A DNA stretch of 30,873 nt from Candidatus Rokubacteria bacterium 13_1_40CM_69_27 (GTDB lineage: Bacteria; Methylomirabilota; Methylomirabilia; Rokubacteriales; CSP1-6): the NCBI GenBank assembly GCA_001917535.1, contig MNEF01000095.1, forward strand, positions 1 through 30,873, in the 5' to 3' direction. Positions within the stretch are counted from its first letter, which is position 1. Each line of letters starts with the position of its first letter. Shown here piece by piece: positions 16,728 to 25,905 of the stretch. The position numbers and the translations under genes are program-made. The notes under the pieces were generated by a model. The model did not search any database, had not been told where the DNA came from, and saw nothing but the letters and a program-made list of their open reading frames with translations.

Positions 16728-17507
16728 CTACCGGCGTCCGAGCAGGATCGCCCAGGCGTGGAGGAAGCGCAGCTCGCCGTCGCGCCGGAACGGGCGCATG
16801 CCGGTCGGCGGGCCGCCGGCGAGCTCGGCGGTGAGTGCCTCCACGATCGTCCGGCGCGCGTCGGGCGGCGCGTGGGTCATCTCGAGCCAGCGCTCGACGA
16901 TGGCCTCGACATCTCGCGTGAGCGTCTGCGAGATCGTCAGCCCGGCGGCCTCGAGCGTTGCCGTCAGCTCGGCGAGCGTGAGCGCGCGCATGTGGGAGGG
17001 ATCGCGCCGCCGCTCGACCTCGTTGTAGCGCGCGGCCAGCGCGGGGTCGTCGGGCGAGACGAGGTCGATGACGGCCACGACGCCGCCCGGCCGGGCGACT
17101 CGGGCCATCTCGCCGACGGCCCCCCGCGGGTCGAGCATGTGGTGGAGCGAGAAGCGCGTGGCTACGAGGTCGAAGGTAGCGTCGCCACAGGGCAGGCGCT
17201 CGGCGGCGCCCTCCGCGAAGGCGACATTGGTGAGCCCGGCCTCGCCCGCCAGGCGCCGGCCCTCCGCCAGCATCGCGGGGGTGAGGTCCACTGCCGTCAC
17301 TCGCCGCACGCGGGGCGCCAGCGCGCGGGCGAGGTGGCCGGTGCCGGTGGCGACGTCGAGGACCTGCCAGTGCGGCGCGGGGGCGAGCACGTCGACCATC
17401 CAGCGCAGGTAGTCCTCGTTCGAGAGCGTGAGCCCGGCCTCGGCGAAATGACGAGCCTGCTTGCCGAACTCGCGACGCACGGTCTCCTGGTGCCGGGCCG
17501 CGTCCAT
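16728..17507 (-). CDS. Class I SAM-dependent methyltransferase (Methyltransf_11/25-like)
   Basis: Motif I VLDVATGTGHLA and motif post-I VTAVDLTP. ARPGGVVAV is also present. Confidence 0.8.
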   Translation of the reverse strand: MDAARHQETVRREFGKQARHFAEAGLTLSNEDYLRWMVDVLAPAPHWQVLDVATGTGHLARALAPRVRRVTAVDLTPAMLAEGRRLAGEAGLTNVAFAEGAAERLPCGDATFDLVATRFSLHHMLDPRGAVGEMARVARPGGVVAVIDLVSPDDPALAARYNEVERRRDPSHMRALTLAELTATLEAAGLTISQTLTRDVEAIVERWLEMTHAPPDARRTIVEALTAELAGGPPTGMRPFRRDGELRFLHAWAILLGRR

Positions 17508-17629
17508 CTCAGCTCATTCAGTCGGAGGAGGCCGTAACGTCCGCCCCCTCAAGGAAGAGCGCATATGATCGCGTGACCTCATCGATCGTCGCGCCAGGAA
17601 AGCAGTGTGGTCCGGGAGCCACACGCTTG

Positions 17630-17675
17630 GTTCCTGTTCGTTCATCGCAGAGCTCTGCGCGACAACATCAGGAAC
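17630..17675. promoter_or_regulatory. Nested inverted repeat (GTTCCTG ... GCAGAGCTCTGC ... CAGGAAC) in the 395-nt region upstream of the methyltransferase gene; candidate operator
   Basis: The 12-bp perfect palindrome GCAGAGCTCTGC at 17647-17658 is flanked by 7-bp inverted arms at 17630-17636 and 17669-17675. Confidence 0.25.
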
Positions 17676-17856
17676 GTCTAACAGCACATCGTCGTCGGCC
17701 AACACCGTCGGGGAGGCGCAGCGCCGTAGCCTCTGATGGACGTGTGACACTCCGTCCTCAGGAGGCGAGGGGGGAGCGAAAACGCGACCGAGCGGCCCGA
17801 TGAGTCGCCGGCCGGCTGACGAGATCCGCTCCGAAGCGCAGCCCGAGCCTTCCACC

Positions 17857-17896
17857 TACGACGCGCCGGGCCAACCCCGGCCAAGTCGGCGCGTCG
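17857..17896 (-). terminator. Hairpin ACGACGCGCCG-(18-nt loop)-CGGCGCGTCGT immediately 3' of the haloperoxidase-like gene
   Basis: Eleven-bp perfect stem located 7 nt downstream of the stop on the minus strand. Confidence 0.35.
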
Positions 17897-17902
17897 TTGC
17901 CG

Positions 17903-19126
17903 TCAACGCGTCGGCTTGAACGCGTTGTCGATCAGATAAGTAGCGATCTTCTTCCCCATGTCATAGCCGACGTCCAGCGAATTTCTGAAGTGAACGCCGC
18001 CCCACACGCGCACATTTCTCTGCTCCGCGTCCATCTCCGCGATGCTGTCGAACTGCCGCGTCAGCTTCGGGTCCGTGATATCGGTCGCCGTGAAGCGGAT
18101 GGCCGGCTTGGGCCCAAACACCGATTCCAGGACTGTGACCACTACCCCGGCGCTGATCGCCGCCTGCGACGGGTATTCCGGATGCATCGGTGTCGCGTTC
18201 AACGGGGTCCAGCTGGGATCGCGTTCGGTGGCGTCGTTGCCGTCCATGTCGCCGTTGCGGATCGCGGTGACCGGCCGCCAGAAGTTATAGGTGAATTTGG
18301 CATCCCAGTCGCTGATGAAGGAGTTCGCGCTGCCCATGTTCAGTAGCGCGAACAGGCGCGCATTCTCGGCCAGGGCGAGTCCCTTCGCCGCCGAGAGCTG
18401 GCGCGCCACCGCTTGCCACGCCGGACCGAAATTGGCTGTGCCCCAGAACTTCACCGCCTCGGTCTGCGCGGGTGTACGTGCGGTGCTCTTGGCGCCGCCC
18501 AGGTTCTTGGTCTCGTTGTAGTCGCGGGCGTAGAGCGGGCTGGACAATTGCGGTGGCGGACCGGGCCGGAACTGGTCGGCGCTCTTCAGCACCCATGGTT
18601 TCGCTCGGGCGTACTCCTCGAACGAGGGCGGCGTCGTCGGCACCCAGACACCGGGGCGGGTGAACGGCCGGTACGTGTCGGCGACGTCGGTACCGTCGGC
18701 CGAGCGATCAGCCAGGACCGCAGCGGCGACCTGCTCACCCAGCGCGACGCCTTCGCTCTTCGCCGCACCGTCGGGGATGGCCTTGACCGATGCCGCGTAC
18801 GCCCGATCGATCATGGACTTCTGGCTGGGATAGAGCTGGACCAGGATTTGCCGCGCCGCCGCGGCGGCGGCGGCCTCGGCCGACGCCCCGGGCACGGCGG
18901 GAATCGTCATGATGTAGCGCGTGTACCGGCCTTGCACCGAATTGATCGCGTCGGACATCGCGACATGCACCATGGCCAAGGTGCGCGCCCGAGGATTGAC
19001 CCCCGTCTTCGCAGCCGTGACGACCTCCATCGCGGTCTGGTTCCAGTCGATGACGGTATCCGCGCGCGCGGTGCACGTGGCCAAGGCCATGAGAATGCCA
19101 ATCGCCGTGGCGGCAGAGTGTTTCAT
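17903..19126 (-). CDS. Secreted vanadium-dependent haloperoxidase / PAP2-superfamily (acid-phosphatase-like) protein
   Basis: Signal peptide. PAP2/V-haloperoxidase active-site motifs WRPVTAIR..., HPEYPSQAA and GGVHFRNS. Confidence 0.7.
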   Translation of the reverse strand: MKHSAATAIGILMALATCTARADTVIDWNQTAMEVVTAAKTGVNPRARTLAMVHVAMSDAINSVQGRYTRYIMTIPAVPGASAEAAAAAAARQILVQLYPSQKSMIDRAYAASVKAIPDGAAKSEGVALGEQVAAAVLADRSADGTDVADTYRPFTRPGVWVPTTPPSFEEYARAKPWVLKSADQFRPGPPPQLSSPLYARDYNETKNLGGAKSTARTPAQTEAVKFWGTANFGPAWQAVARQLSAAKGLALAENARLFALLNMGSANSFISDWDAKFTYNFWRPVTAIRNGDMDGNDATERDPSWTPLNATPMHPEYPSQAAISAGVVVTVLESVFGPKPAIRFTATDITDPKLTRQFDSIAEMDAEQRNVRVWGGVHFRNSLDVGYDMGKKIATYLIDNAFKPTR

Positions 19127-19162
19127 GACGCCCCCCTGTTGCGTGAAATCAGGGCCTGTGAC

Positions 19163-20839
19163 CTAATCCAGCGGCTCCAGCTTGATGATGGAGGCGCCGT
19201 GGTTGCTGCCCACCCAGAACGTGACCGGCGTCGTCGAGTTGTCCACGAACACTCTCCTGATGTTCGTCGACCTGGGCAGGAGATATTCGGTCCACTGGCC
19301 GGTCTTGGGATCGAGCCGGAGGATGCGGTCGCTGACCATCGACCCGGTCCAGGCTTCGCCGTTCTTGTCCACGGCGACATCGTAGGGGGCCGACCACGCC
19401 GTCGGCGCCACCCACTCCTGGAAGCGCTCGGCCCGGGTGTCGAACATCGCGATCCGGTTCCCCCGGTACTCCGCGAACCAGAGGCGGTCCTGGGCGTCCA
19501 TCATCCCGCGGCGTGGCGCCGAGCGGGGCGTCGGCGTCGGATAGAGGGTGATCGTCCCGGTCTTGGCATCGATCCGTCCGATGTGCTCGTTGGCGAACTC
19601 GGTGAAGTACACGTTGTTCTGGGAGTCGGCGATGACATCGTAGATGTTGTGCGTCTTGGTCGAGCCCTTGAACGGCTCGAAGGTCTCGAACTTGCCGGAC
19701 GCGAGGTCCAGGCGGTGCACGGCGGCGATCCCGTTGTTCTGCGTCCAGAGCTTGCCGTCCACTGCGTAGTGCAGCGGGCTCGTCATGTTGATCTGGGTGT
19801 TGTCCTTGTTCAGTTCCGGGGGCAGGCTCCAGATCTGGAATTTCTCGGTCTTCCGGTCGAACTTGGCGACAGCCCCCTGGTACATCAGGCCGAGCCACAG
19901 GCTGCCCTCTCGGTCGGGTCGCAGAGACAGCATACCGGTCGGCCAGCCCCGCTTGAGCTCGGGTACCGGGTATTCCGTGACCCTGGCCGTTTTCGGATCG
20001 AGCCTTCCGATCGTCTGTTCCCCGAAGTTGCCGTACCAGGCCATCCCGTCCGAATCCACGATCACGTCATGCGGCTCGATCGTCGGCCGCGGCAGGTCGT
20101 ACTCCGTGACCACGACGCGCGTGGCCCGGCCCTGGGGGCGGGGGAGCGTCTTGAGTGGGAACTCCCACGTGGACGACGAGCTCAAATTGATAGCGCTCAG
20201 GAATTCGGCCTGCTGCCGCTGGGCCTGCTGCCGCTCCTCGCCGCGCTGCTCGAGCGCGCGCTCGGCCAGACGTCGCTGGGGGTGCAAAGGCGTGCTCTGG
20301 TTGGCATAGGTGGCCATGCGTTGGAGGATCTGCATGAATCCGGTCGCATCGTACGAAGACCGTACGACACGCTCCAGGGTGTGACAGCCCAGGCAGTTCA
20401 GCAGCGAGGTCTTCTGCTGATCGGTCCCGGGAACGCTGGCGATCCATTCCGCATTCGTGAGCTGGAAGGCGAGATTTTGCGTCTTGCGGAGCTTGAGATC
20501 GGCGGTGGCCGTGTTTTGCGGGGTGATGTCCGCCGCGGCCCGGCCGTTCAGCTCGTAGCCCACCGCCCGGATCCGGAGGGAGTACTGGCCCGGTTCCAAT
20601 TTCGCCCGGGGGAAACGATACCGGCCTTGCTGATCGCTGACCACGGTGACCGTGAGCGTGGAGCCGGCTTTCTTGGCGCCGACCAGCACCCCCTCCATGG
20701 GGCCTTCCTCCGCGGAGGTGACCTGCCCGGTCAGCGCGTCGGAGGTCTGGGCGTCGGCCGGGAGGGCGTTGGGGCCCGGGTGAAAGAGGATGACGGCCAG
20801 GCTGGCGGCGACCATGAGCAAGAAGGGTCTCGTTCGCAT
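19163..20839 (-). CDS. Secreted multidomain protein: carboxypeptidase-regulatory-like beta-sandwich, single c-type heme motif (CLGCH), streptogramin-lyase (Vgb)-like beta-propeller
   Basis: ATG 20839 follows GGAGGAAG. Signal peptide MRTRPFLLMVAASLAVIL. 'SLRIRAVGYE' sandwich. CLGCHT. Repeated 'D..G..WF.E...N.I.R.D' blades. Confidence 0.65.
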   Translation of the reverse strand: MRTRPFLLMVAASLAVILFHPGPNALPADAQTSDALTGQVTSAEEGPMEGVLVGAKKAGSTLTVTVVSDQQGRYRFPRAKLEPGQYSLRIRAVGYELNGRAAADITPQNTATADLKLRKTQNLAFQLTNAEWIASVPGTDQQKTSLLNCLGCHTLERVVRSSYDATGFMQILQRMATYANQSTPLHPQRRLAERALEQRGEERQQAQRQQAEFLSAINLSSSSTWEFPLKTLPRPQGRATRVVVTEYDLPRPTIEPHDVIVDSDGMAWYGNFGEQTIGRLDPKTARVTEYPVPELKRGWPTGMLSLRPDREGSLWLGLMYQGAVAKFDRKTEKFQIWSLPPELNKDNTQINMTSPLHYAVDGKLWTQNNGIAAVHRLDLASGKFETFEPFKGSTKTHNIYDVIADSQNNVYFTEFANEHIGRIDAKTGTITLYPTPTPRSAPRRGMMDAQDRLWFAEYRGNRIAMFDTRAERFQEWVAPTAWSAPYDVAVDKNGEAWTGSMVSDRILRLDPKTGQWTEYLLPRSTNIRRVFVDNSTTPVTFWVGSNHGASIIKLEPLD

Positions 20840-20979
20840 CGGTAGCTTCCTCCCGTTTCTGATTGGGCCGATCGCGCTGCCGTGGATCATAGCCCTTTTT
20901 GGCCGGGAGCGGGTGGCTTGACACCGGGCAGGCCGATCCGTACCGTGCGGGCATCCGGGCGGTGGCACAAGGAGGAACT

Positions 20980-22569
20980 ATGAAGCGTGTCATGTCGATA
21001 CTTGCCGTGTCGGCCCTCGTGGTGGCCTGCGCGACGACGACGCAGCGCAGCCAGGATCTGGTGAGCCGGGCCGTCCAGGCGATAGGGGGCGCGGACGCCC
21101 TGACCGCCGTCAAGACGGCGACGGTGAAAGGGACGGTCCGCCAGTGGGAGCCCGAGCAGTCGATCGTCGCCGGCGGTGAGATGCGTCTGGCCAACGACTC
21201 GACGTTCGAGATGGTCACCGACCGCGGCGCCCAGGCCACTCGCATCGACTGGGTGCGCAACTACGTCTATCCCGCGACCCGCACGTACACGTTCAGCGAG
21301 ATCGTCACGCCGGACGCGGGCTACGTCGCCGGCATCGACGCCACCGCGCGCAACAAGCAAAGTCTCGAATCCCACCCGCCGGCCCACGCGATGTCGGGGC
21401 TACGGCTGGCCGCCACCCAGCGCGAGCTACGCCGCAACCCGAACCCGCTGCTGCGCGAGATGTTCCAGAATCCCGACCGCGTGTCGGCCGCCGAGGACGT
21501 GACGGTCGGTGGCGTGGCTTACCCGGCCGTCACCTACCGTGCGGGTGACCAGACGTTCACGGTCCTGTTCGATCGGCAGACGGGGCTGCCCGCCCGCATC
21601 CGCACGCTCGACTACGACAATGTCTGGGGCGACGTGACCTACGACCTCGTGCTGTCCGACTGGCAGATGATGGACGGGCGCCGTGTCGCCACCAGCCGGA
21701 AGTACGAGCTGAATGGCCGCCCCGTCGCTGAGATCAAGATCACCGACGTCAAGATCAATGTGCCGGTCTCCGCCGAGCGCCTCACGATTCCGGCTGCATT
21801 GAAGGCCTCGGCGCCGAAGCCCGCGACCGGCGCCGTGCCGTATCAGTGGGTGATCCGGCGCCAGTTCATCGGCACCTACCTGGACTCCGAGAACCCGAGC
21901 TATGACGCGCGGGCGACGTCGGGGCTCAGGCTCGTGGAGGTGGGGCCGGGTATCCAGCACGTCGTCGGCGGTACGCACAACGCCCTGATCGTCGAGATGA
22001 GCGACCACCTGATCGTGTTCGACGCGCCGGTCTCCGACTGGCAGTCGAACTGGACGCTCAACGCCGCCCGCCAGCAGTTCGGCGCCAAGCCGGTGAAGTA
22101 TCTCGTCCTCACCCACCACCACATGGACCACACGGGTGGTCTCCGGGCCTACGCCGCCCAGGGCGCCACCATCGTCGTGGGCAAGGGCAACGGCGAGCAC
22201 TTCCGTCGCGTGCTGGCGACGCCGGCCCGGCGGAATCCCGACCTGCCGGCGCGCGATCTGAGCGGGACGCCGATCGTCGAAGTGGCTGACAAGCAGGTGC
22301 TGACCGACGGCCGGCGCGAGGTCGGCGTGTACCTCATCGAGAACCCGCACTCGACCGGCCTGGTGATCGGCTACGTGCCCGATGCCCGGCTGGGCTTCGT
22401 CACCGACCTCTGGAGCCCTGGCCGCGACCCGCTCCCGCCCAAGCTCACGCCGCCGCTGGCCGCGGTCGTCGCCGGGGTGAAGAAGGCCGGCATCACTCCG
22501 CTCAAGTTCGCGGGCGGCCACGGGTCGACCGCTGACTACCCAGCGCTCGCGGAACTCGAAGGGAAATAG
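20980..22569 (+). CDS. Lipoprotein-type MBL-fold metallo-hydrolase
   Basis: ATG 20980 follows GGAGGA. Lipobox-like LVVAC. HxHxDH motif LTHHHMDHTGG, with downstream His/Asp ligands. Confidence 0.8.
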   Translation: MKRVMSILAVSALVVACATTTQRSQDLVSRAVQAIGGADALTAVKTATVKGTVRQWEPEQSIVAGGEMRLANDSTFEMVTDRGAQATRIDWVRNYVYPATRTYTFSEIVTPDAGYVAGIDATARNKQSLESHPPAHAMSGLRLAATQRELRRNPNPLLREMFQNPDRVSAAEDVTVGGVAYPAVTYRAGDQTFTVLFDRQTGLPARIRTLDYDNVWGDVTYDLVLSDWQMMDGRRVATSRKYELNGRPVAEIKITDVKINVPVSAERLTIPAALKASAPKPATGAVPYQWVIRRQFIGTYLDSENPSYDARATSGLRLVEVGPGIQHVVGGTHNALIVEMSDHLIVFDAPVSDWQSNWTLNAARQQFGAKPVKYLVLTHHHMDHTGGLRAYAAQGATIVVGKGNGEHFRRVLATPARRNPDLPARDLSGTPIVEVADKQVLTDGRREVGVYLIENPHSTGLVIGYVPDARLGFVTDLWSPGRDPLPPKLTPPLAAVVAGVKKAGITPLKFAGGHGSTADYPALAELEGK

Positions 22570-22571
22570 TG

Positions 22572-22800
22572 AAGGCCAAGGAGATCCTGCTGGCGGCGAC
22601 GGCGTTGGCCGTGTTGTCGTGGACGGGGCCGCCGGTCGCCGCCCAGCAGACCTACGAGGCCATTGGATCGTCATGGGACTCCACGAGAATCTGGACGAGG
22701 CGATGAAGATCGCCGTGCGCGAGACGCTCGATTTCATCACCCAGCGCTACCCGCATCTGACGCGGCAGGAGGCCTATTCGTGTCGCGCTGAAGACGACGC
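22572..22800 (+). pseudogene. Decayed gene remnant: signal-peptide-like N-terminus fused out of frame to the C-terminal helix of an acetamidase/formamidase (FmdA/AmdA) family protein
   Basis: GTG 22572 encodes KAKEILLAATALAVLSWTGPPVAAQQ... A frame switch then gives 'LHENLDEAMKIAVRETLDFITQRYPHLTRQEAYS', which matches the formamidase C-terminal consensus (L.EA...AVR..ID.L.....L...EAY.L.S). It has no catalytic core and is less than 80 codons in total. Confidence 0.35.
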
Positions 22801-22808
22801 GCGCGTTC

Positions 22809-23294
22809 CTACGGTTTGCGCAGCGAGGTCTCCAGCAGCTCCAGCGCGGCCCTGGCGAACGCCCACATGTTCTTTTCGCGATCGCCGTGCCGCGTCTGCA
22901 GCGTGATGGACCGCTCGACCGGTCCCGCCACCGCGATGCACGCGTGGCCGGGCGCGTCGCCGTAGCGGTTGCCGGTCGGCCCGCTGGCGCCCGTCTCGGC
23001 CAGTCCCCACGTCGCGCTCAGGCGCTCGCGGATCGTTTGCGCCTTCAGGAGCGCGTAGGCCTCGGTACTGGGCCGGATGCCCGTCAGCGACGCATCCCGC
23101 AGTTGCAGCAGCGCGCGCCGCGCCGCCTGCGTGTAGATCACCCCACCGCCCAGGAAGTAGGCGGAGGCGCCGGGCACCGCCAGCAGCGCCGCCGAGATCA
23201 ATCCACCCGCCGACGATTCCGCGACGGCGATCGTCTCCTTCCGCTCCTTCAGCAAGGCCCCCAGCGAGGCGGCCATCCTCGTCAGTTCGCTCAT
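22809..23294 (-). CDS. CinA-family protein (C-terminal PncC-like nicotinamide-nucleotide amidohydrolase domain)
   Basis: LTRMAASLGALLKERKETIAVAESSAGGLISAALLAVPGASAYFLGGGVIYTQ is the canonical CinA_C signature. Confidence 0.8.
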   Translation of the reverse strand: MSELTRMAASLGALLKERKETIAVAESSAGGLISAALLAVPGASAYFLGGGVIYTQAARRALLQLRDASLTGIRPSTEAYALLKAQTIRERLSATWGLAETGASGPTGNRYGDAPGHACIAVAGPVERSITLQTRHGDREKNMWAFARAALELLETSLRKP

Positions 23295-23414
23295 GGTTTC
23301 ACTCCCGGCACCGACATTTTCGATGTGAAGGCGAACCGTCTCCCGGCGCGATCAGTCGCTGGAGATTCGACCAGGGCGGCCGAAGAAGACGAGCTGGGGC
23401 AGGACGACTGGAGC

Positions 23415-24392
23415 TCACCGGGTGAGACCGAGCAGCTCCGCAGCCGTTCCTCCCAGCATCCTGGCCGTCGTTTCCTTGGGGAGGGGCAGGTTGCGGATCT
23501 CCTCGATGTACTTCCGGATGTCCCGGGCTCCCTTTCCCGTGTCGGTGGTCGCTCCCGTGAAGTCCTGAGGATAGTCCGTCGCGAACACCAGCCGCTCGGG
23601 CTTGATGCCCGTGAGCGCACAGCGGAGCGCGTTGGGCCCGCCTTCGAATCCGCTCATATCGAAGTAGAGCAGGTCGAAGTACTCGTCGAACGACCGTTTC
23701 AGGTGGGTGCCGAACCGGTAGGCCTTGGCCGCGAGCCGCTCCTTGATGGCGGCGATGCCCCCGCCGAAGTGCGCGATGACCATCTTGAGGTCCGGGAAGC
23801 GGTCGAGCACGCCCGCCGCGATGAGTCGCGATACGGCCAGGACCAGGTCGAGCTCGCGCCCCACGATACGCGACAGGTCGTACTCCTTGATCCACTCGTA
23901 CCCCCGGGGAGGCATGGAGGGGTGGACGAAGATCGGGATACGCAGCTCGACCGCGCGCGCGTAAAAGTCCCAGAGGTCCGGCGAATCGAGCGGCACGCCG
24001 TTCACCTGGGACGTGATGGTCACCCCGCGCAGCCCCAACTCGGTGATGGCCCGATCGAGCTCGGCCGGCGCCCCCCGCCTATCGATCAGGAGGGGGAGGT
24101 GGGCCAGCCCGACAAACCGGTCCGGATACCGGCGCTGGAGCGCCGCGAACGTGTCGTTGATGAGCCGACAGTCCTCGAGCGGCGCGTCCCAGCCGATGAC
24201 GCAGGAGAGGATGGCCAGGTCCAACCCGGCCTCCTCCATGTCGCGGAGCTGCTCCTCGGGGTCGTAGAGCTTCCCGTGGAGCGTGACCTTCTTCATTCCC
24301 CCTTCGGGCACATCGTGGCGCGTTCCTCTGGCGCCGCGCCGCTCCGCCAGCTCCCGCGGGACAAAATGATGCTGGAAGTCCAGGACACGCAT
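23415..24392 (-). CDS. Amidohydrolase-2 family (ACMSD-like) metal-dependent hydrolase/decarboxylase
   Basis: N-terminal 'DFQHHFVP' His pair. Other TIM-barrel ligands (IFVHP, VIAHFGG, FATDYP). RBS GAGGAG. Confidence 0.85.
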   Translation of the reverse strand: MRVLDFQHHFVPRELAERRGARGTRHDVPEGGMKKVTLHGKLYDPEEQLRDMEEAGLDLAILSCVIGWDAPLEDCRLINDTFAALQRRYPDRFVGLAHLPLLIDRRGAPAELDRAITELGLRGVTITSQVNGVPLDSPDLWDFYARAVELRIPIFVHPSMPPRGYEWIKEYDLSRIVGRELDLVLAVSRLIAAGVLDRFPDLKMVIAHFGGGIAAIKERLAAKAYRFGTHLKRSFDEYFDLLYFDMSGFEGGPNALRCALTGIKPERLVFATDYPQDFTGATTDTGKGARDIRKYIEEIRNLPLPKETTARMLGGTAAELLGLTR

Positions 24393-24441
24393 CGTGCTCT
24401 CCTCGATGCTGCTGCTAGCGAATTTTTCTTTTCCCCCGTTG

Positions 24442-24906
24442 TCACGTCAGCCGCATCGCCCTGATACACCGCCGAGGACGCCGCGCCGTGAGGATCTGCA
24501 TGCCGCGGTACACGCCGGAGACCTTGTCGAGCAGCCCGATCCGGTGACCTTTGAGGTCGGCGAGCTTCTGGTAGGGCGAGTCGCGCCAGACCACGACGAA
24601 GGTATGCATGACGGGCTGGCCCTTGAGGTTGACGTCGGCTGCGGTGACAACGGGGAAGATCCCGGCGTCGACCTGCTTGAGGAGCACCGCCTTCTCGGCG
24701 GCGGGGTCGGGAAGCATGAAGTCGACCCGGACGTCGTGCTTCTTGTCGAGCTCGAGACGCCGGACCACCTGCGTGACGAGCCTCGCGCTCCCGACGGCCG
24801 ACGCGAACGTCACCGCCGCGGGCTGGGCCACCGCGCGGCGCAGACCGGGCGATCCCCACACCGCGGCGCCGCCGACCGTCGTGGCGAGGAATCGCCGTCG
24901 ATTCAA
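24442..24906 (-). pseudogene. Truncated Tat-signal NMT1/SsuA/TauA-like ABC substrate-binding protein (about half-length)
   Basis: TTG start overlaps the cupin stop (gaTTGAat). Tat motif NRRRFLATTVGG. SBP lobe-1 sequence runs to ...GVYRGMQIL, then junk (TARRPRRCIRAMRLT*). An A-rich scar (gggggaaaagaaaaatt) lies before the next gene. Confidence 0.45.
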
Positions 24907-25880
24907 TCCGCGGGCTCCATCCGATAGAGCCGCAGCAGCTTGAGCAGCGGCACGTCCTGCGCGCTGAAGAGCACCGCCGGCTCGGATCCCAGGTTGAGGT
25001 GGGCGTGCCGCGCCCGCGGGGGCACCACGAAGAAGTCGCCGGGGCCCCACTCGAAGGTCTGCTCGTCGACCGTCGTCGCACCCTGACCCCGCACGACGCG
25101 ATAGACGGCGCAGCTCGTCTCCCGGTGGGCCCGGGTCCGTACGCCCGGGCGGAGGAGCTGGAGGTAGCAGGCGACGGTGGGGCGGAGCGAGCCGCCGGTC
25201 ACCGGGTCGAGGTACTCGAGGAGGACGTCGTCGAAGGGATCAGCTTCCTGCTCGGCGCGGCGGAGCAGGGCCGCATAGGTCTCGCTCCAGGGAAAGAAGA
25301 TGTCACGGCCGGGATTGCGGAGCGTCGGCTGCTGATCGTCGGGGTAGGGCTCGAAGGTCAGATTCTCGAGGAAGCGCACCACCTGCCAGTCGAGCACGTC
25401 CATCCAGAAGACGGGCGCGTTCCCCTCGTTGCCGTGGTCGTGCCACGCCATCCCGGGCGTGACGACCAGGTCGCCGGGCTTCATGGCGCACTTCTGGCCG
25501 TCCACGGTGGTGTACGCGCCCTCGCCGTGGAGCATGAAACGGATCGCCGTCGGCGAGTGCCGGTGGGCGGGCGCCACCTCGCCGGGCAACAGGTACTGTA
25601 CCGCGAGGACGAGACTGTGGGCGGCGGTCCGCTCGGGGACACCGGGGTTGTGGAGCCGGAGGACCCGGCGCTCGGCGCCGCGGTGAGGGCTGAGGAATTC
25701 GGCGCTTTCGCGGAGCAGCGGCTCGACGTCACGCCAGCGCCAGAGCCGGGGCTGGGTGGCGGTCGGCTTGGGCGGGATGAGCGGTCCCGGCCGGGACCAC
25801 GGGGCGTCGAGCCCCGCCGCCCGCAGCCGCGCACAGTATGCCTCGAGTTCCTCGACCGTTCGCGCCGTCTGGACCGTCAT
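24903..25880 (-). CDS. Bicupin dioxygenase, gentisate 1,2-dioxygenase-like
   Basis: Two cupin domains carry His-rich metal motifs (APAHRHSPTAIRFMLHG...H.H; a second cupin has H.H...). The size and bicupin layout match the gentisate/1-hydroxy-2-naphthoate dioxygenase family. Confidence 0.75.
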   Translation of the reverse strand: MTVQTARTVEELEAYCARLRAAGLDAPWSRPGPLIPPKPTATQPRLWRWRDVEPLLRESAEFLSPHRGAERRVLRLHNPGVPERTAAHSLVLAVQYLLPGEVAPAHRHSPTAIRFMLHGEGAYTTVDGQKCAMKPGDLVVTPGMAWHDHGNEGNAPVFWMDVLDWQVVRFLENLTFEPYPDDQQPTLRNPGRDIFFPWSETYAALLRRAEQEADPFDDVLLEYLDPVTGGSLRPTVACYLQLLRPGVRTRAHRETSCAVYRVVRGQGATTVDEQTFEWGPGDFFVVPPRARHAHLNLGSEPAVLFSAQDVPLLKLLRLYRMEPAD

Positions 25881-25905
25881 GTTCGTACTCCTTGTTGCCC
25901 CGATG

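Noticed and set aside
17514-17855. 113-aa minus-strand ORF in the long intergenic region upstream of the methyltransferase
   Set aside because: Compositionally odd (Ser/Arg/Pro-rich), with no RBS and no motif. It is more likely non-coding leader or regulatory DNA.
18413-20845. 810-aa plus-strand ORF, and similar long ORFs (4085-4900 +, 4913-5917 +, 8047-9027 +, 9127-10824 +, 12282-14405 +, 22887-24464 +, 6637-7275 +)
   Set aside because: All lie antisense to, or frame-shifted over, well-supported genes. They have Arg/Gly/Pro/Asp-rich compositionally biased translations with no motifs, which are high-GC artefacts.
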